NCBI GenBank assembly: GCA_030295235.1
Contig: AP026148.1
Span: 372,001 to 436,000, forward strand
Reading direction: 5' to 3'
DNA: 64,000 nucleotides
Origin: Fistulifera solaris
Lineage: Eukaryota
Each line of letters starts with the position of its first letter. Positions within the stretch are counted from its first letter, which is position 1. The notes beneath the pieces are model-generated. The model saw nothing but the letters and a program-made list of their open reading frames with translations, did no database searches and was not told the DNA's origin. The position numbers were made by a program, and so were the translations under genes. Below are positions 23,115 to 34,649 of the stretch, piece after piece.

Positions 23115-24173
23115 ATGGATTTCGTTCTATTTGCCGGAACGGCCGTATTGGGACGTTACTTTGTCACGCCACGCAAGACTTCGACGACGACGACGACGAC
23201 AATGTCCGTCGCGGCAATTTCCTTGGAAACCTTGCAACAACAGAATGCCGTCACCAGCAATACCCTACTCGAAGAATACAAAGATTCGCGTCGGTTTGCC
23301 AAGTTAGCGGCTTATGAAGGTGATTTGACCATTCAGCGTGATCAAGAAGATGCCAGTAAATTAATCAAGGGAATTGAATTTGCGCAACAAAAAGGAGTGA
23401 TTGATCCGCATTTTGTGCCGGAACCGTACATTCCCATGGATGTTTTGGGAAAAACACCCGATCAAGTGGCGGAGCTCATATTACAACATGTCGAAGAACA
23501 CCAAACGACGGAACAGAATGGATTGGTGCTGGTGTTGGTAGGCTTGTCAGGCACTGGTAAAGGCACTACCGTCGCCAAATTGAACGAAAAATTGCAACGC
23601 CAAGGCTTATCCGTCACAACCTGGTCCAATGGGAATGTCTTTCGGAGTGTCACTTTGTTGGCGACGACATGGTGTGAACAACATCAGAATGATGACTTGG
23701 AAGCAGCCTTGACCAAAGACAACTTGGCGTCCTGGATGTCCATGTTGTCCTTCGGTAAAAATCCGGAAGGCGTATACGATATACGCATTCAAGGATTGGG
23801 ATTGGATTGTTATGTTTCCAAAATTCAAAATACGCTCTTAAAGTCACCTACCGTCTCGAAGTACATTCCCACGGTAGCACAATACACGCAGGGAGAAGTC
23901 ATTGTGTTTGCCGCTCAAGCGGTCGAAATCTTGCAACGTGCTGGCATTTGTGTCTTGCTGGAGGGCCGCGAATTGACCGTCAATTACGTCCGGACGCCGC
24001 ATCGATTTGTCTTACATTTATCGGACGAAAGTTTGATCGGAAAACGTCGGGCGGCCCAGCGTCTCATGGCGGCGGCCTTGCATGATGCCGAACAACGAGC
24101 CGACACTACTTCCGTGAAAGAAATACTGGAGGCGGCGCTGGATCGACTCGTGGAAGATATTACCCAGAACTAG
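23115..24173 (+). CDS. P-loop kinase, cytidylate-kinase-like
   Basis: Walker A GLSGTGKGTT; WSNGNVFRSVT resembles the CMK DTGAMYR segment; LLEGR; KRRAAQR. Confidence 0.65.
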   Translation: MDFVLFAGTAVLGRYFVTPRKTSTTTTTTMSVAAISLETLQQQNAVTSNTLLEEYKDSRRFAKLAAYEGDLTIQRDQEDASKLIKGIEFAQQKGVIDPHFVPEPYIPMDVLGKTPDQVAELILQHVEEHQTTEQNGLVLVLVGLSGTGKGTTVAKLNEKLQRQGLSVTTWSNGNVFRSVTLLATTWCEQHQNDDLEAALTKDNLASWMSMLSFGKNPEGVYDIRIQGLGLDCYVSKIQNTLLKSPTVSKYIPTVAQYTQGEVIVFAAQAVEILQRAGICVLLEGRELTVNYVRTPHRFVLHLSDESLIGKRRAAQRLMAAALHDAEQRADTTSVKEILEAALDRLVEDITQN

Positions 24174-24229
24174 AGTGAAGCATGTATGTTTTGTTTGGAC
24201 CTCAAGGTTAAACTAATGATATTGATGAA

Positions 24230-25701
24230 CTAATCATGAATGTTACTGTCGATCAAACGAAAGCTTTCAAAGAAACCCCGGAATAAATTGTAGCCATGCG
24301 TCAAATCGGTAATGCCCATGACTTCGCGACACGAATGCATCGAGAGTTGGGGCATGCCGGCATCGACGACGCGAATGCCCAATCGAGCCGAAATGGTGGG
24401 ACCAATGGTGCTTCCACAGGGACAGTCGTTACGGACTGAAAATGGAGAGAAGTGTAAGACTTGGTTTTCAACGCTGATTTGACAAGTAACACTTCATTGC
24501 TGCTTATTCACATACCTGCAAATTCTTGAATCGGAATATCTTTCTTACGAGCAATTTCTCGTACGACAAACCCCGTTAAGGAGTTGGTAGTGTATCTTTG
24601 ATTGCAATTGGTCTTGACGACAAGTCCATTGTTCAACACGGGAGCATGTTGACTGTCGTGCTTACTGGCGTAATTGGGATGTACCGCATGAGCTTGGTCG
24701 ATCGACAAACAAAACGATTTCGCCTTGATGGTACTCAATTCCGTGACACCCAATGCCGCACTGACGCGACGAATGGCTTCCCCCATGACCGGTGAACCGG
24801 CACCATGACTCGATACACTCCCCACTTCCTCATGATCGAAACAACAGATCATGGCAATATCCGTGTCATCTGCAGGATCGTGAGCCGCCAGGGCTTCAAC
24901 GGCACAAAACACCGTGGCCAAATTATCCAAACGAGCCGAGTACAAGAATTCTTGATTCAAGCCACCGATGGCCGCCGGTTGTGTATCGTATAAGGAAAGT
25001 TCAAAATCGGCAATTTGATGAACATCGATTTGCAATTCACGCGCAATCCGCTGCATCAGTGCCGGTTCTTGTCCTTGTTGCCACGCGTCCAATTGTTCTG
25101 TCGCTCCTTTCTCCAATTCGTGCTGAGCAGTCGTGGCAGTAGTAGTCGCTAAAATAGGACTCGTATGATCTTCGGTATTGACTTTAAAGGCCGCTCGTTC
25201 GTCTGGACTCTGCAAATGAATACACAAGGTCGAAACACGGGCTACGGGGTCTCGGATCTGCACCAGTTTCGGTTCCAGTCTTTCCCCGTTGCGAATCAAC
25301 ACTTTTCCCGATACACTCAAATCCCGATCAAACCACGTATGCCACAATCCACCTCCATAGCATGCTACCGCCAGTTGCACACACCCATTTTTCGGCGGTT
25401 TCTTGCTGTTGGGTTTGACGGCCAAATTGGGACTGTCCGTGTGTCCGCCAATGAGATGAAATCCAAAGTCATCGTCCGCCAGTTTATTGCCAATGGTAAA
25501 CGCCACCAACGTCGAGTGATGTACCGTGTAGTAGTATTTGCCTCCTTTTTGGAGGGCGGGAAAATTGTGACGATACTGCAGTGCTTGGAAGCCCGCGGCT
25601 TCCAATTTTTGGATCGCGTGATGCACGGCATGAAACGGATCTGTCGATGCACTCAGAAACGAGCAGGCCTTTTCGGCCAACGCCAGACGTGAATTTGTCA
25701 T
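24230..25701 (-). CDS. DNPEP: Aspartyl aminopeptidase (peptidase M18), intron 24436-24515
   Basis: [46 protein letters not shown]. The spliced last exon reads [13 protein letters not shown]...[10 protein letters not shown] to TAG at 24230. Confidence 0.93.
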
Positions 25702-26275
25702 GACAAGACAGGTTTTTTTTGCAATAGAGGCACGAAAAGAAGGAATAATTGCTAGAAAGGGGACGGCACGTAAGGGGGACGTGTTGTTAGTTGTTGCGGA
25801 GTGTGTGTTGCTTGTTGTTGTTTCGTTGATGCCCGCATTTTTATACCTTTCTGATTTCTGACTGGGTCAGACGTGTGACGGTGTGACGGTATACATCGTA
25901 CCGGTATACATTCACATAATCCAGATTAGATTTGAGTACCGAATGATTTATCCGCCTCGCTACTTTTGAACGGAAACTACAGCGTTAGATGACCAATGCC
26001 CTTTGATCCAACGGATATTTGCTTACGGCTATTTTTCTCGAGATCCGCTACCCACTCCCAACGCCCGACACGGCGGTGCGCGAACCGCAAAAAAATCCGC
26101 AACAGTTGAACGTTCCAACGCCACATTTTGGAGGGAGGAGCGAGCAAGGCCGTCCGCGAGCCTTTTTTTTCTTTCCATACAACCGATCACACTCCCCTTT
26201 CGTGAAACGCTTCTCATACATTAAGCCTAAGGCCGTGCTGCATTGACTACATTTTATTATTAGAGAAAAGCAACA

Positions 26276-27807
26276 ATGACCTCAACAGAACGTACAAAAG
26301 AAGAGGAAACGACCTCGCGGTCGGTGGCCTTGGATGACAAACAAAAGACCAGTCAAGGTGCGGATCTGTTGCTTTCGTTAGCCGAAACAGCTAGTGAACA
26401 TGCGCAACTATCTGTGAACTACGAGGCTGACACGAATTGTCGAAGCATCACTGAGAAATCACCATTCTACAGCGAAACAGAAATCCAGTTGGGAGCCCCC
26501 GAAAGCAGCCGCAGTCATCATTTACCACATCCGTACGGCTGGCACCGACCCTACTATTACCATCATCCTTACGGAGGGATGCATCCTCTGACACACTATC
26601 CTCCTCACTATCCGATGCCAACCGAAGAACTTCCTTCTTCGCCACTGCGAAAGCGTGTTGTTCTAGAATCCATCGATATCTCGCCAGATGATGATGTGAA
26701 ACGGCCTCGATTGGAAGAAAGTCGACAAGAATCATCACCTACTTCTCAATCCCCACGCTCCACGACGGACTATCCAGACGAAAAAGGCGCTACGAAACGG
26801 GAATCCGTCATTTCTCCTTCGTCTTCCTCTTCCAATGAAACAACACAGCAAGGAGGCACCGACAACGATTCACAGACGGCCCGGCCAACGTCTCGCCATT
26901 CAACACCAGGACTCACTTCGGATCCGTCGCGACAATATCCAGGTTATCATGGACCGCCTTACATGGGTTACACTCCCGGCTTTCCTCATTATCAGTATGG
27001 AGCACATCCCTCCATAGCCTATCCTTATTGTGCTCCTTCGTTTTACTACCGAGGAGGAATGATGCAATCCTACAACAACAATACAAATCATAAACCCACC
27101 GTCTCGCCCACGTCCCCAATTGACGATCGAAACGCTATGAAGGGCTTAGTACTCGCGGCTCGGTCTGATTTACTCAAATCATTTCCCGCGAGCGATAGAA
27201 ACTGCCACCGATGCATTCCATTGAAACAGCCATTACCGGGACGTCGTTGGTCGTAAGTGATGAATGATTTTTATCACCCAAAGTATCTTCCTTTCTAACT
27301 TGTTTCTTTTCTCGTGCTCATAGACGTGATGCCGATCAGGCCCAGCAAAGCGCCATGCCCGAATTCAGCCAGCTCGTGAACTTTCCCGATTACCTTGCCC
27401 GCGGCCGAGAAGGCAAGACGGGCGCCGCCGCGACGGGCAAGAAAAAATTGTGTCATGTGTGGCAAGTTGCGACCTTGTTCCGCCACTACCATGAATCGCC
27501 GTGGGAGTACCGACGGTGAAGACGATGGAGCCATGCACATCATTCCTCGTCAAAACAAAGGCGTGTGCACAGCCTGTGATGTTGCCGTTTGGGCCGTGGC
27601 GGGAGCCAAGCTAGAGGATGGTACGCCCATTGAAATTAAGTGGTGCAAAGGCTGCAAAAACTTCCGTCCGTGGGCTGCCTTTGGTGATAAGGGAATGGCA
27701 ACGAAATGCGTGCGCTGTCGCACGCGTCAAAAAAGAAAAAGTATGCCGCTGCCAAAGAGTCAGTGAAACTTGAGTTGCCGCACGCCATTGAAGCGTACGC
27801 TCGTTGA
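26276..27807 (+). CDS. Putative transcription factor with C-terminal Cys-rich, SBP-like zinc-binding domain; intron 27253-27323; A-run frameshifts near 27445 and 27735
   Basis: Long P/S/Y/H low-complexity N-terminus, then LVNFPDYL, CVMCG, IIPRQNKGVCTACD, KWCKGCKNF, TKCVRCR and a basic tail. Confidence 0.6.
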
Positions 27808-27990
27808 AGCGGCTGACTAGCTAGCTTTATAGGATCGTATCAACGACTGGCTGCGACGGTCGTAGCATTCTTGCTTTTGAGTAGGCGCAATGGGCGTAGC
27901 CAATCACTTTTGCTTTCATAACATAATGAAAAGATTAAAAAGCACAATAGCTAATTTAGTTTTATAATGAGCACCCGACTTCAAACAGTT

Positions 27991-28854
27991 CTACATGAGT
28001 TTCTTTTTGTGAAAGTACCTTTTCAAGTAGGTCACTTGAATGTAAGTTACTGCCAGCAGTATACTCACGGAAAGATAGGAAAACCAGTGCACACGGGAGT
28101 TGATACTATCCGTTGTTTTTCTCATGCGCTGCTCTCTCTGCTCCATGTATCTCATTTCGCGCAATATATTCTCCGCCGATGTGATACTATCCTTCAGTGA
28201 CTCTTCTAATGGAGTCAGGTGGCTGTCTACGGAAAAACCGTCGGCTTGATCCAAATCGTTCGGTACATCCTCACTGATCAAGACAATATCTAACACAATC
28301 TGGTAATATTTTTCATCATCACGGTTCTGTACACAGAGACCGTATCCATCAATTTCCGCGTCTTCGGCATTTGCCCATCCCTTTCGTTTCGAACGGGCAT
28401 TCGTGGTGCGACTGATAAAATTGACCACCAGCGGTTTGAATACTTTCGCGGTGTACTGATTGTGATGCTTCTTGTCATCGTCCGCGGGGCGGTTCGTGAG
28501 GGTGACAATGAGCGGACTACCACCGCCTTGCGTTTTCTGATGATATTCGGACATGTGCGCCGCGACGTGTCCCGGCATTTCCTCCGGAAACTCGCGGGGT
28601 ATGATATTTTTGTCGTTTTTGGCCTTGGTCAACTTGTAGACCTGATCAAAGTACCAACTTTCGACCTTCTCGTCCGGAATCTCTTCTTCACTGGGTAAAA
28701 CCACGGCCACCAAATTGGCATCATCACCCATTGGGATTTGAAATTGAAAGCATCGTTCGGCGCCTTCATCGATTTGCATTAGCACCGGGTAGGCATAAAT
28801 GGAACGCGTTACGAAGGAAAGCGCCAATGATAAGGTAACGACCCACAGAGTCAT
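27991..28854 (-). CDS. p24/emp24/GOLD cargo receptor (delta/TMED10-like)
   Basis: Signal peptide, GOLD-domain cysteines, coiled coil EMRYMEQREQRMRKTTDSINSRV, TM helix and tail YLKRYFHKKKLM. Confidence 0.9.
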   Translation of the reverse strand: MTLWVVTLSLALSFVTRSIYAYPVLMQIDEGAERCFQFQIPMGDDANLVAVVLPSEEEIPDEKVESWYFDQVYKLTKAKNDKNIIPREFPEEMPGHVAAHMSEYHQKTQGGGSPLIVTLTNRPADDDKKHHNQYTAKVFKPLVVNFISRTTNARSKRKGWANAEDAEIDGYGLCVQNRDDEKYYQIVLDIVLISEDVPNDLDQADGFSVDSHLTPLEESLKDSITSAENILREMRYMEQREQRMRKTTDSINSRVHWFSYLSVSILLAVTYIQVTYLKRYFHKKKLM

Positions 28855-29457
28855 TTTTAATACAACTCTCCGGCTTTCACACTTGCTTCAAGAGCTATTG
28901 CTGTTTATCAAACACTTGGAAAGCGTGCAAGAGCAAGGAGCAAGTCGTCTCTTTGCTAGCAAATGACGGTGATAGCTTACTTTGTATAGTAGTCGGCTTC
29001 GGGCGATAGATTTCGGCGTACAAGTATGAACGGGCGGTCACTTGACGGACCGAGTCGTACAGGCACTAGATAAAGAACACCTTAATAGAGAAAGTGAATG
29101 ACACAACGACACCCTACCTGGTATTGGATTACAATTAGGTCTTGAACACGACACACGACTCATCAGGAAACGTCCTTGTAATCGAAGGCACCAGTACCTG
29201 GTAACGGAGGCTTCATTTTGTTGTAGATTGGTCTTTTTTGAGTAAACTAGCGCATTGATCCACACTAGGCTATAATTAAATAAAGTAAACTTATAGAGGG
29301 ACAACGTCAGCGGGGGCAAGATGCTGAGCTAGGAACATTTTCAAATCAGATACGACCTGAAAAGTTGAGACATTGAGAAGAGGATGTGCTAATACTCTTT
29401 AATCAGGAACAAAAAGGATAACAAGATAGCGAGTGTATTTTAATATTCATGCTTAAA

Positions 29458-30041
29458 CTAAGGTTGAAGTGCACAAGAAACCACTTGTTGTGTCATTTCC
29501 ATCATGCAGGTCAGTTGCCGTACCATGCCATTTTCGTTTCGACATGAAGTATAGTCTGTAAAACATGACCTCGTCTCCTGCTCATTTTTAGTATTGGTAC
29601 ATACAAGCCGACCAGAAGCATCAAAAAGAGTGCGTTGCACCCGCCACAGTAGTCGTCGACACAAGATTCATACGGCTCATCGCACTGGATAGCATCACAA
29701 GGTCGAATCAAGCAATCCACCGTCTCCGCTTCCATGTCTTCGGAAGAACAGGAGCTCTCACTGCATACCATACCGCAGAATCCATTTTCACATGTTCGAT
29801 AACCGATGCATTGAGGTACAAAATGTTCATTCGAGGGGTTCATGCAGTCTGTCACGGTCTCACAGGATCCAAAGGGTCGACAGCTTCCTCTGGAGCAAAA
29901 CTCGCTGTCAGCAGCACAATCACTGTCGAAAGAGCAATCATAGAGGCTTTCTTCCAAACGATGCCCATCATGAAGCCTCGCATGAGCCATCTGGAGCGCT
30001 AGTGACAATCCCAGTATTTGTATCAAAGTTGTGCGTTTCAT
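29458..30041 (-). CDS. Secreted cysteine-rich protein with one 18-Cys module; T-run frameshift near 29625
   Basis: Signal peptide MKRTTLIQILGLSLALQMAHA. Restoring one T gives CGGCNALFFDASGRLVC, matching its neighbouring paralogue. Confidence 0.8.
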
Positions 30042-30489
30042 TTGAAATGTCTTGTAGATAGTGTTTGTTGGAAACGTAAAATTTATTATGCGAAAAGATA
30101 TGATGAAGTTGTGGGGACGGTTACACGGTTGTGAACTGTTCTCAATCGTTGACGAAAATATTGTGGTGAGCGAAAAACGGTGTCTGCGCGCGTGTGATGT
30201 GAGATGCTTCGATCTTTTCCCAGCTCAATCAGTCGTGGTTCCTGGTTCGTGAATGGTAATTCGTCATTCGTGATGTCAATCTCCACAGAAAATCGGAGCT
30301 CATGGACGTGGATTTTTTGATGCACGTTCATGATTTCATGATGACTTAGACCAAGAACTAGAGTGCGTTTCCTAGCTTCACCTCTTACATCAAGAATGAT
30401 AACCAGAAAGGGAGAAGAAACTAGGTTATTAAGACACTTATAAAGCTACCTTGTTACCTACGGAGTATTAAATTTTTATGCAATCGTTT

Positions 30490-31422
30490 TTAGTTCTGAA
30501 TGAGCCGACAAATTCTGGTCCGGATAAATACCTTAGCTTTGCACATGGACTGTTGCCATGCATCCGTTTGCTCGCACTGTTCCACGACACCGCAGTCACC
30601 ATTGGGTCGTGCCTCTTCGCAAACGCGTTGACCGGCGGCATTAAAAAATATGCCTCTACATGTTCCACAGAAGTTATCAACACAAGATGCTGCTTCTTCT
30701 GTACAAGTTGTTACGTCACACGGAGGAGCATAACACTGGACGGCTTCTTCCAATAAACACTCGTTGTCCGAGCAGGTCTTCTCACAGGTACCGGCGACGC
30801 AGGTTGTGTATCCATTGCAGCCAATATCCATGTACGCGTTGGATGGGTTCAGACAGTCTACTGTGTCTTCGCATGTTCCGATTTCAGCACATTGACCATT
30901 CCTACAATACATATCCTCACCGCAGTCCATGTCACTGCTGCAGCCTGGTTCGACGGAATCATTTTCAATCACACACGCTTGTTCACCCGAGGCCGTGAAA
31001 AAGCGGGCATTGCAGCCCCCGCAGTCATCATTGACACACGAAACATAGTCTTCGGAACATTCGGTGACATTACAGGGCAAGCGTTCGCTGCAATCGACTT
31101 CGTCGTAATTTGGACAATGGCTACCCGCACACTGTACGAGACACTCGTTATCGCTGCTGCAGTACAAAAAGCCCAGGCACTCGATCATCGAATACAGATT
31201 CGATGGATTCTGGCAATCGAGAGCATCCTCACAATAACCACCGGGTCGACAGAGGCCGCGGTTGCAGTAGTCTCCAGAGGCACATTCGTCGTCAGAATTA
31301 CATGTTATTTGCAGTACGCGATGAGAATGCTGATTGTTTTGTTCCATAGGAACGGAATGATGCGTGATGGCTTCACATCGCATCATCAACAGTGCGAGGC
31401 TTAGGAATCTGTAAGGTATCAT
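30490..31422 (-). CDS. Secreted cysteine-rich protein with two 18-Cys modules
   Basis: Signal peptide, HRVL (RxL) pro-site and two ~110-aa acidic modules, each with 18 Cys, NPSN and CVxDxCGxC...FF.A.G motifs. Confidence 0.85.
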   Translation of the reverse strand: MIPYRFLSLALLMMRCEAITHHSVPMEQNNQHSHRVLQITCNSDDECASGDYCNRGLCRPGGYCEDALDCQNPSNLYSMIECLGFLYCSSDNECLVQCAGSHCPNYDEVDCSERLPCNVTECSEDYVSCVNDDCGGCNARFFTASGEQACVIENDSVEPGCSSDMDCGEDMYCRNGQCAEIGTCEDTVDCLNPSNAYMDIGCNGYTTCVAGTCEKTCSDNECLLEEAVQCYAPPCDVTTCTEEAASCVDNFCGTCRGIFFNAAGQRVCEEARPNGDCGVVEQCEQTDAWQQSMCKAKVFIRTRICRLIQN

Positions 31423-32227
31423 CTTGAGGATTGCGCTCTAGTTGTGCAGACTTTGATAGAGCGCGAAGTATGTTGCTTGTATGATTTGTTGGTTTTGCCT
31501 TATTATTTTTTATGTTGACCTTGCACTTCGTTTCTCGTTGACGACTACTCTGTATCAAGAATCAAGAAGAGATCCTGTTCCTTTCGCACGTTCGCATTTT
31601 CCGACTTCGTTGGACACGACTGGAAGAAAAGGAGATAGATAGAGGTCCAATGAGATCGTTACATTTTCAACTGGATCCTGTTACTTAAGTACTTATATTG
31701 TGAATAGCCTAATTTAACCGCTGGATAGATGCACTATCGTATTTGACGTTAAATAACCATCATCCGTTGCAGTATTTAAATAAATTTAGAATCTCATGCA
31801 GGCCCTTGATACTTTCTTATCAATAGCGGTCGAGGGGCACGTGCAATCGAATCTATGTGACAAAGGGCACTAAAAGAAATAATGTATTTAGTTGAAGAGT
31901 ACTTGTACCCTCCGCAGAATAACTTAACGGACCAAGGACCAGGATAGAGACGTCGTAGTGGCATTGCCGGACCCATTGCAGATCGCACCTTTTTCGCGCC
32001 ATTCGCAAAAAGTGGCACAAAGAATTATAGGCTGCCGCCCTCGAACTTTTGGATGAGAATACGAATCCCTCCATGGGATACAAAACCAATTTCGATATTT
32101 GGCTGTTCCGTTCCTCTTTTTTTCAATTTTGCAAAGCAGTCCATCAAAGAACTACTCAGCCAATCGGCATTGAGTTTTTTGTGGGTCAAGTCGCTTTTTA
32201 AAAGGCGTTTCTATAAACAATTCAAGA

Positions 32228-34245
32228 ATGATGGCTGCAAATGAGATCAATTCTCAAAGTGGCTCGACTCTTGAAAAAAAGAAAATCGTTCCTTCTGTCG
32301 ACAATCATTCTCCTTTTGAAAATATTGAAAAACAAGAAGACAGCACCGATGATGCATCCCGACCTGACGACTCGATCGAGTGCGAAGCCGAGTCGTCATC
32401 GTCTAGTAGGGGAGCTTTCGTTCGAGAGACCGTCCTCTACATTCCGATGCTGATGCAATCTTTTCTCGCAAACCTGTATCGTTCGTTATTTTGGGGAGAG
32501 GAGGTGGTTACGCTGATCTTTCATAAAAGCTCTCCGCTGTGGTTGCGGCGATGTCAAACCTTTTACTGAAACCAGGTGTATGGCCTCCTCCCTCGTTTCA
32601 ACTTCTGGTAGCTCTGACATTGATCTCTCTGGTCGTGCATCCGGACGGATTTACGTGGGTACTTTTGGGGAAAATGAGGTACGTAGTTGTGGACTATGAT
32701 TGTTGGTTTTGAAGAGGTTGACATTTGGTTAGGTTACTCAGTTTGGAAAAAGCGCACTTGATGTCAACGAAATGTCGGGAATATTTCGACGCGCCCGATT
32801 TTCACTAAACGCATTTTCTTCTTTTCGCAAAATTAAAGAAACGGAATTTCATCCATTGCAGAAAATACTCGAATAGGGTGGGATATCATCATCAACGAGC
32901 TTGGGGCAATCCTTTCTTCCATATTGGCGTTGGCAACTTTTGCTGGGTTATGTTTTCTGGCATATATATTGAAAAGGACCCTTTCACCCCGCAAAGCACC
33001 AGAAACAGTAACGGGGGACAAGAACAATAGTGGAAGAAGTCAAGTGAAGAAGAAAAAAACGGAAAGGAGGCAATGGCCGTAGCAATCACCGCTTGGGTAA
33101 AAGTAAACCTAGATCTGAGTCGTGCGATTTTGTTGACAAATCTTCGACAGGCAAGGAATCGTCATCCGCAGCTTTATCATCGACAACGTTGCAGCACGAA
33201 AAGAACAGCGGACGCTTGACACTACGCAAGAACAAAGGTTTGCAGATGATCATCTACCGGTTTTCTCTAGACCTTTGAGCCCGACATCCGAGAGGCCCCA
33301 GAACGCCGCCAACCCTACGACGACTACAGCCTCCGACGTATCCGTACGCAAAGAAAAGTCTATGTCATGTTCTACAATTTCTGATAGCCGGGATATACAC
33401 CAATCAATGGAGCGAATGTCACATTCGACAAAATCTGAGGATTTTCAGCGTGATCTGACCAGATTCAGCAAAAGCGGAAAGCTAACAAGTGATCAGCCTG
33501 GAGCTAGAAAAAGAATATTCGACGCGGACCTATACGAAAGTTTGCGTGTAATGATTCCTTTTCGAAGCAAACGATTGTTGCCTCGCATAATGGTTCTCCA
33601 GCACGCCCCAAAAGTCAACACGACAACTTGAAATCTTCTAGATCCACGTTTTGCCGGACTGTTGAGTTGCATGAAAGAGACAGTCATCCAAATCGATCAT
33701 CGGCGGTTATTAGTTCCCCGAAAGAAACTCAGTATAAGGATCAGCCGATGCCATCCAGTGGAAAGATCCGTTTGGACGCCACGTCTTCGGATTATGTAAG
33801 AATCTCGTCAAGCGCAATCCAGTCAAGTGACAGCGTTCCAGCGCGACCGGCTATTCCCCTACCGCGATGCTCCTACTGAGCATTTCTCTCCGTTTTATCA
33901 GGCGCCTACGACATCTGATTCGATTCAACAGCAACCCATGGACGGAAACTGGGACCAGCGCGGGACTTATTTTCCAGGATCGTTGAACTCTTCGGTGCAC
34001 ATTATCCCGGCTCCACCGGGATTGAGTCACCAGTTGGTTGGAACTATCCGGGTACGGCAACTGGAATCCCCTTTGGCGAACCCAGTGCATCATCCGCCTA
34101 TGGTTGGAAGTGTCATGAAACAACGAATCATCGATTGAAGGAAAACCCGTTTGAATCGTCCTGTTCGGTTGACGAAGAAGATCGGATTGACGCCGAGTTG
34201 CAAGAGCTGGGAGGGCGCATGGTGGGCAGTATCTTGGATTTCTAA
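32228..34245 (+). CDS. Hypothetical membrane protein with long disordered tail; intron 32679-32838; about 6 frameshifts
   Basis: Fragments join via 1-nt indels, mostly at A/T/C runs: WPPPSFQLLVALTLISLVVHPDGFTWVLLGK, a second TM helix, KKKKRKG, a Ser-rich region and the ending ENPF...IDAELQELGGRMVGSILDF*. Confidence 0.55.
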
Positions 34246-34492
34246 TTAGTTTTGGTTCATTGTCGATTACGTTTTGCTTGGTTGATGAAGATGAATGAAG
34301 GAAAGCAATCAAATACAGCTAAGGACTTTAGAACGCCATCGTTAACTCCCCCAACTCTACAGTGTTCATTTTAATATGGTACACATAGTACCCAATGACT
34401 GTGATTGTCAGTCACGAGTCACGAGTGAAAGCCTCTTGTAGCGATGACCATGACTTTTCGTTTTCAAAAAAAAATACGGATTGCTCGTACCG

Positions 34493-34508
34493 TACCTGGT
34501 ACCAGGTA
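34493..34508. promoter_or_regulatory. Perfect 16-bp palindrome TACCTGGTACCAGGTA upstream of the GT10 gene (member of a recurrent motif family)
   Basis: Two overlapping TACCWGGTA copies ~140 bp before ATG 34650; the same motif recurs in other intergenic regions of this window. Confidence 0.5.
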
Positions 34509-34649
34509 AGGTTATAATAGTTGGCATTCGATGCAAATATCATCAATATTAATAGAACTTCCACATCTTCAATTCAAAACCCCTGATTACACAGAAAAAG
34601 CATCACGCTCTCTGACTCCGATCACCCCTTAAATATCGAGAAAGCGACG

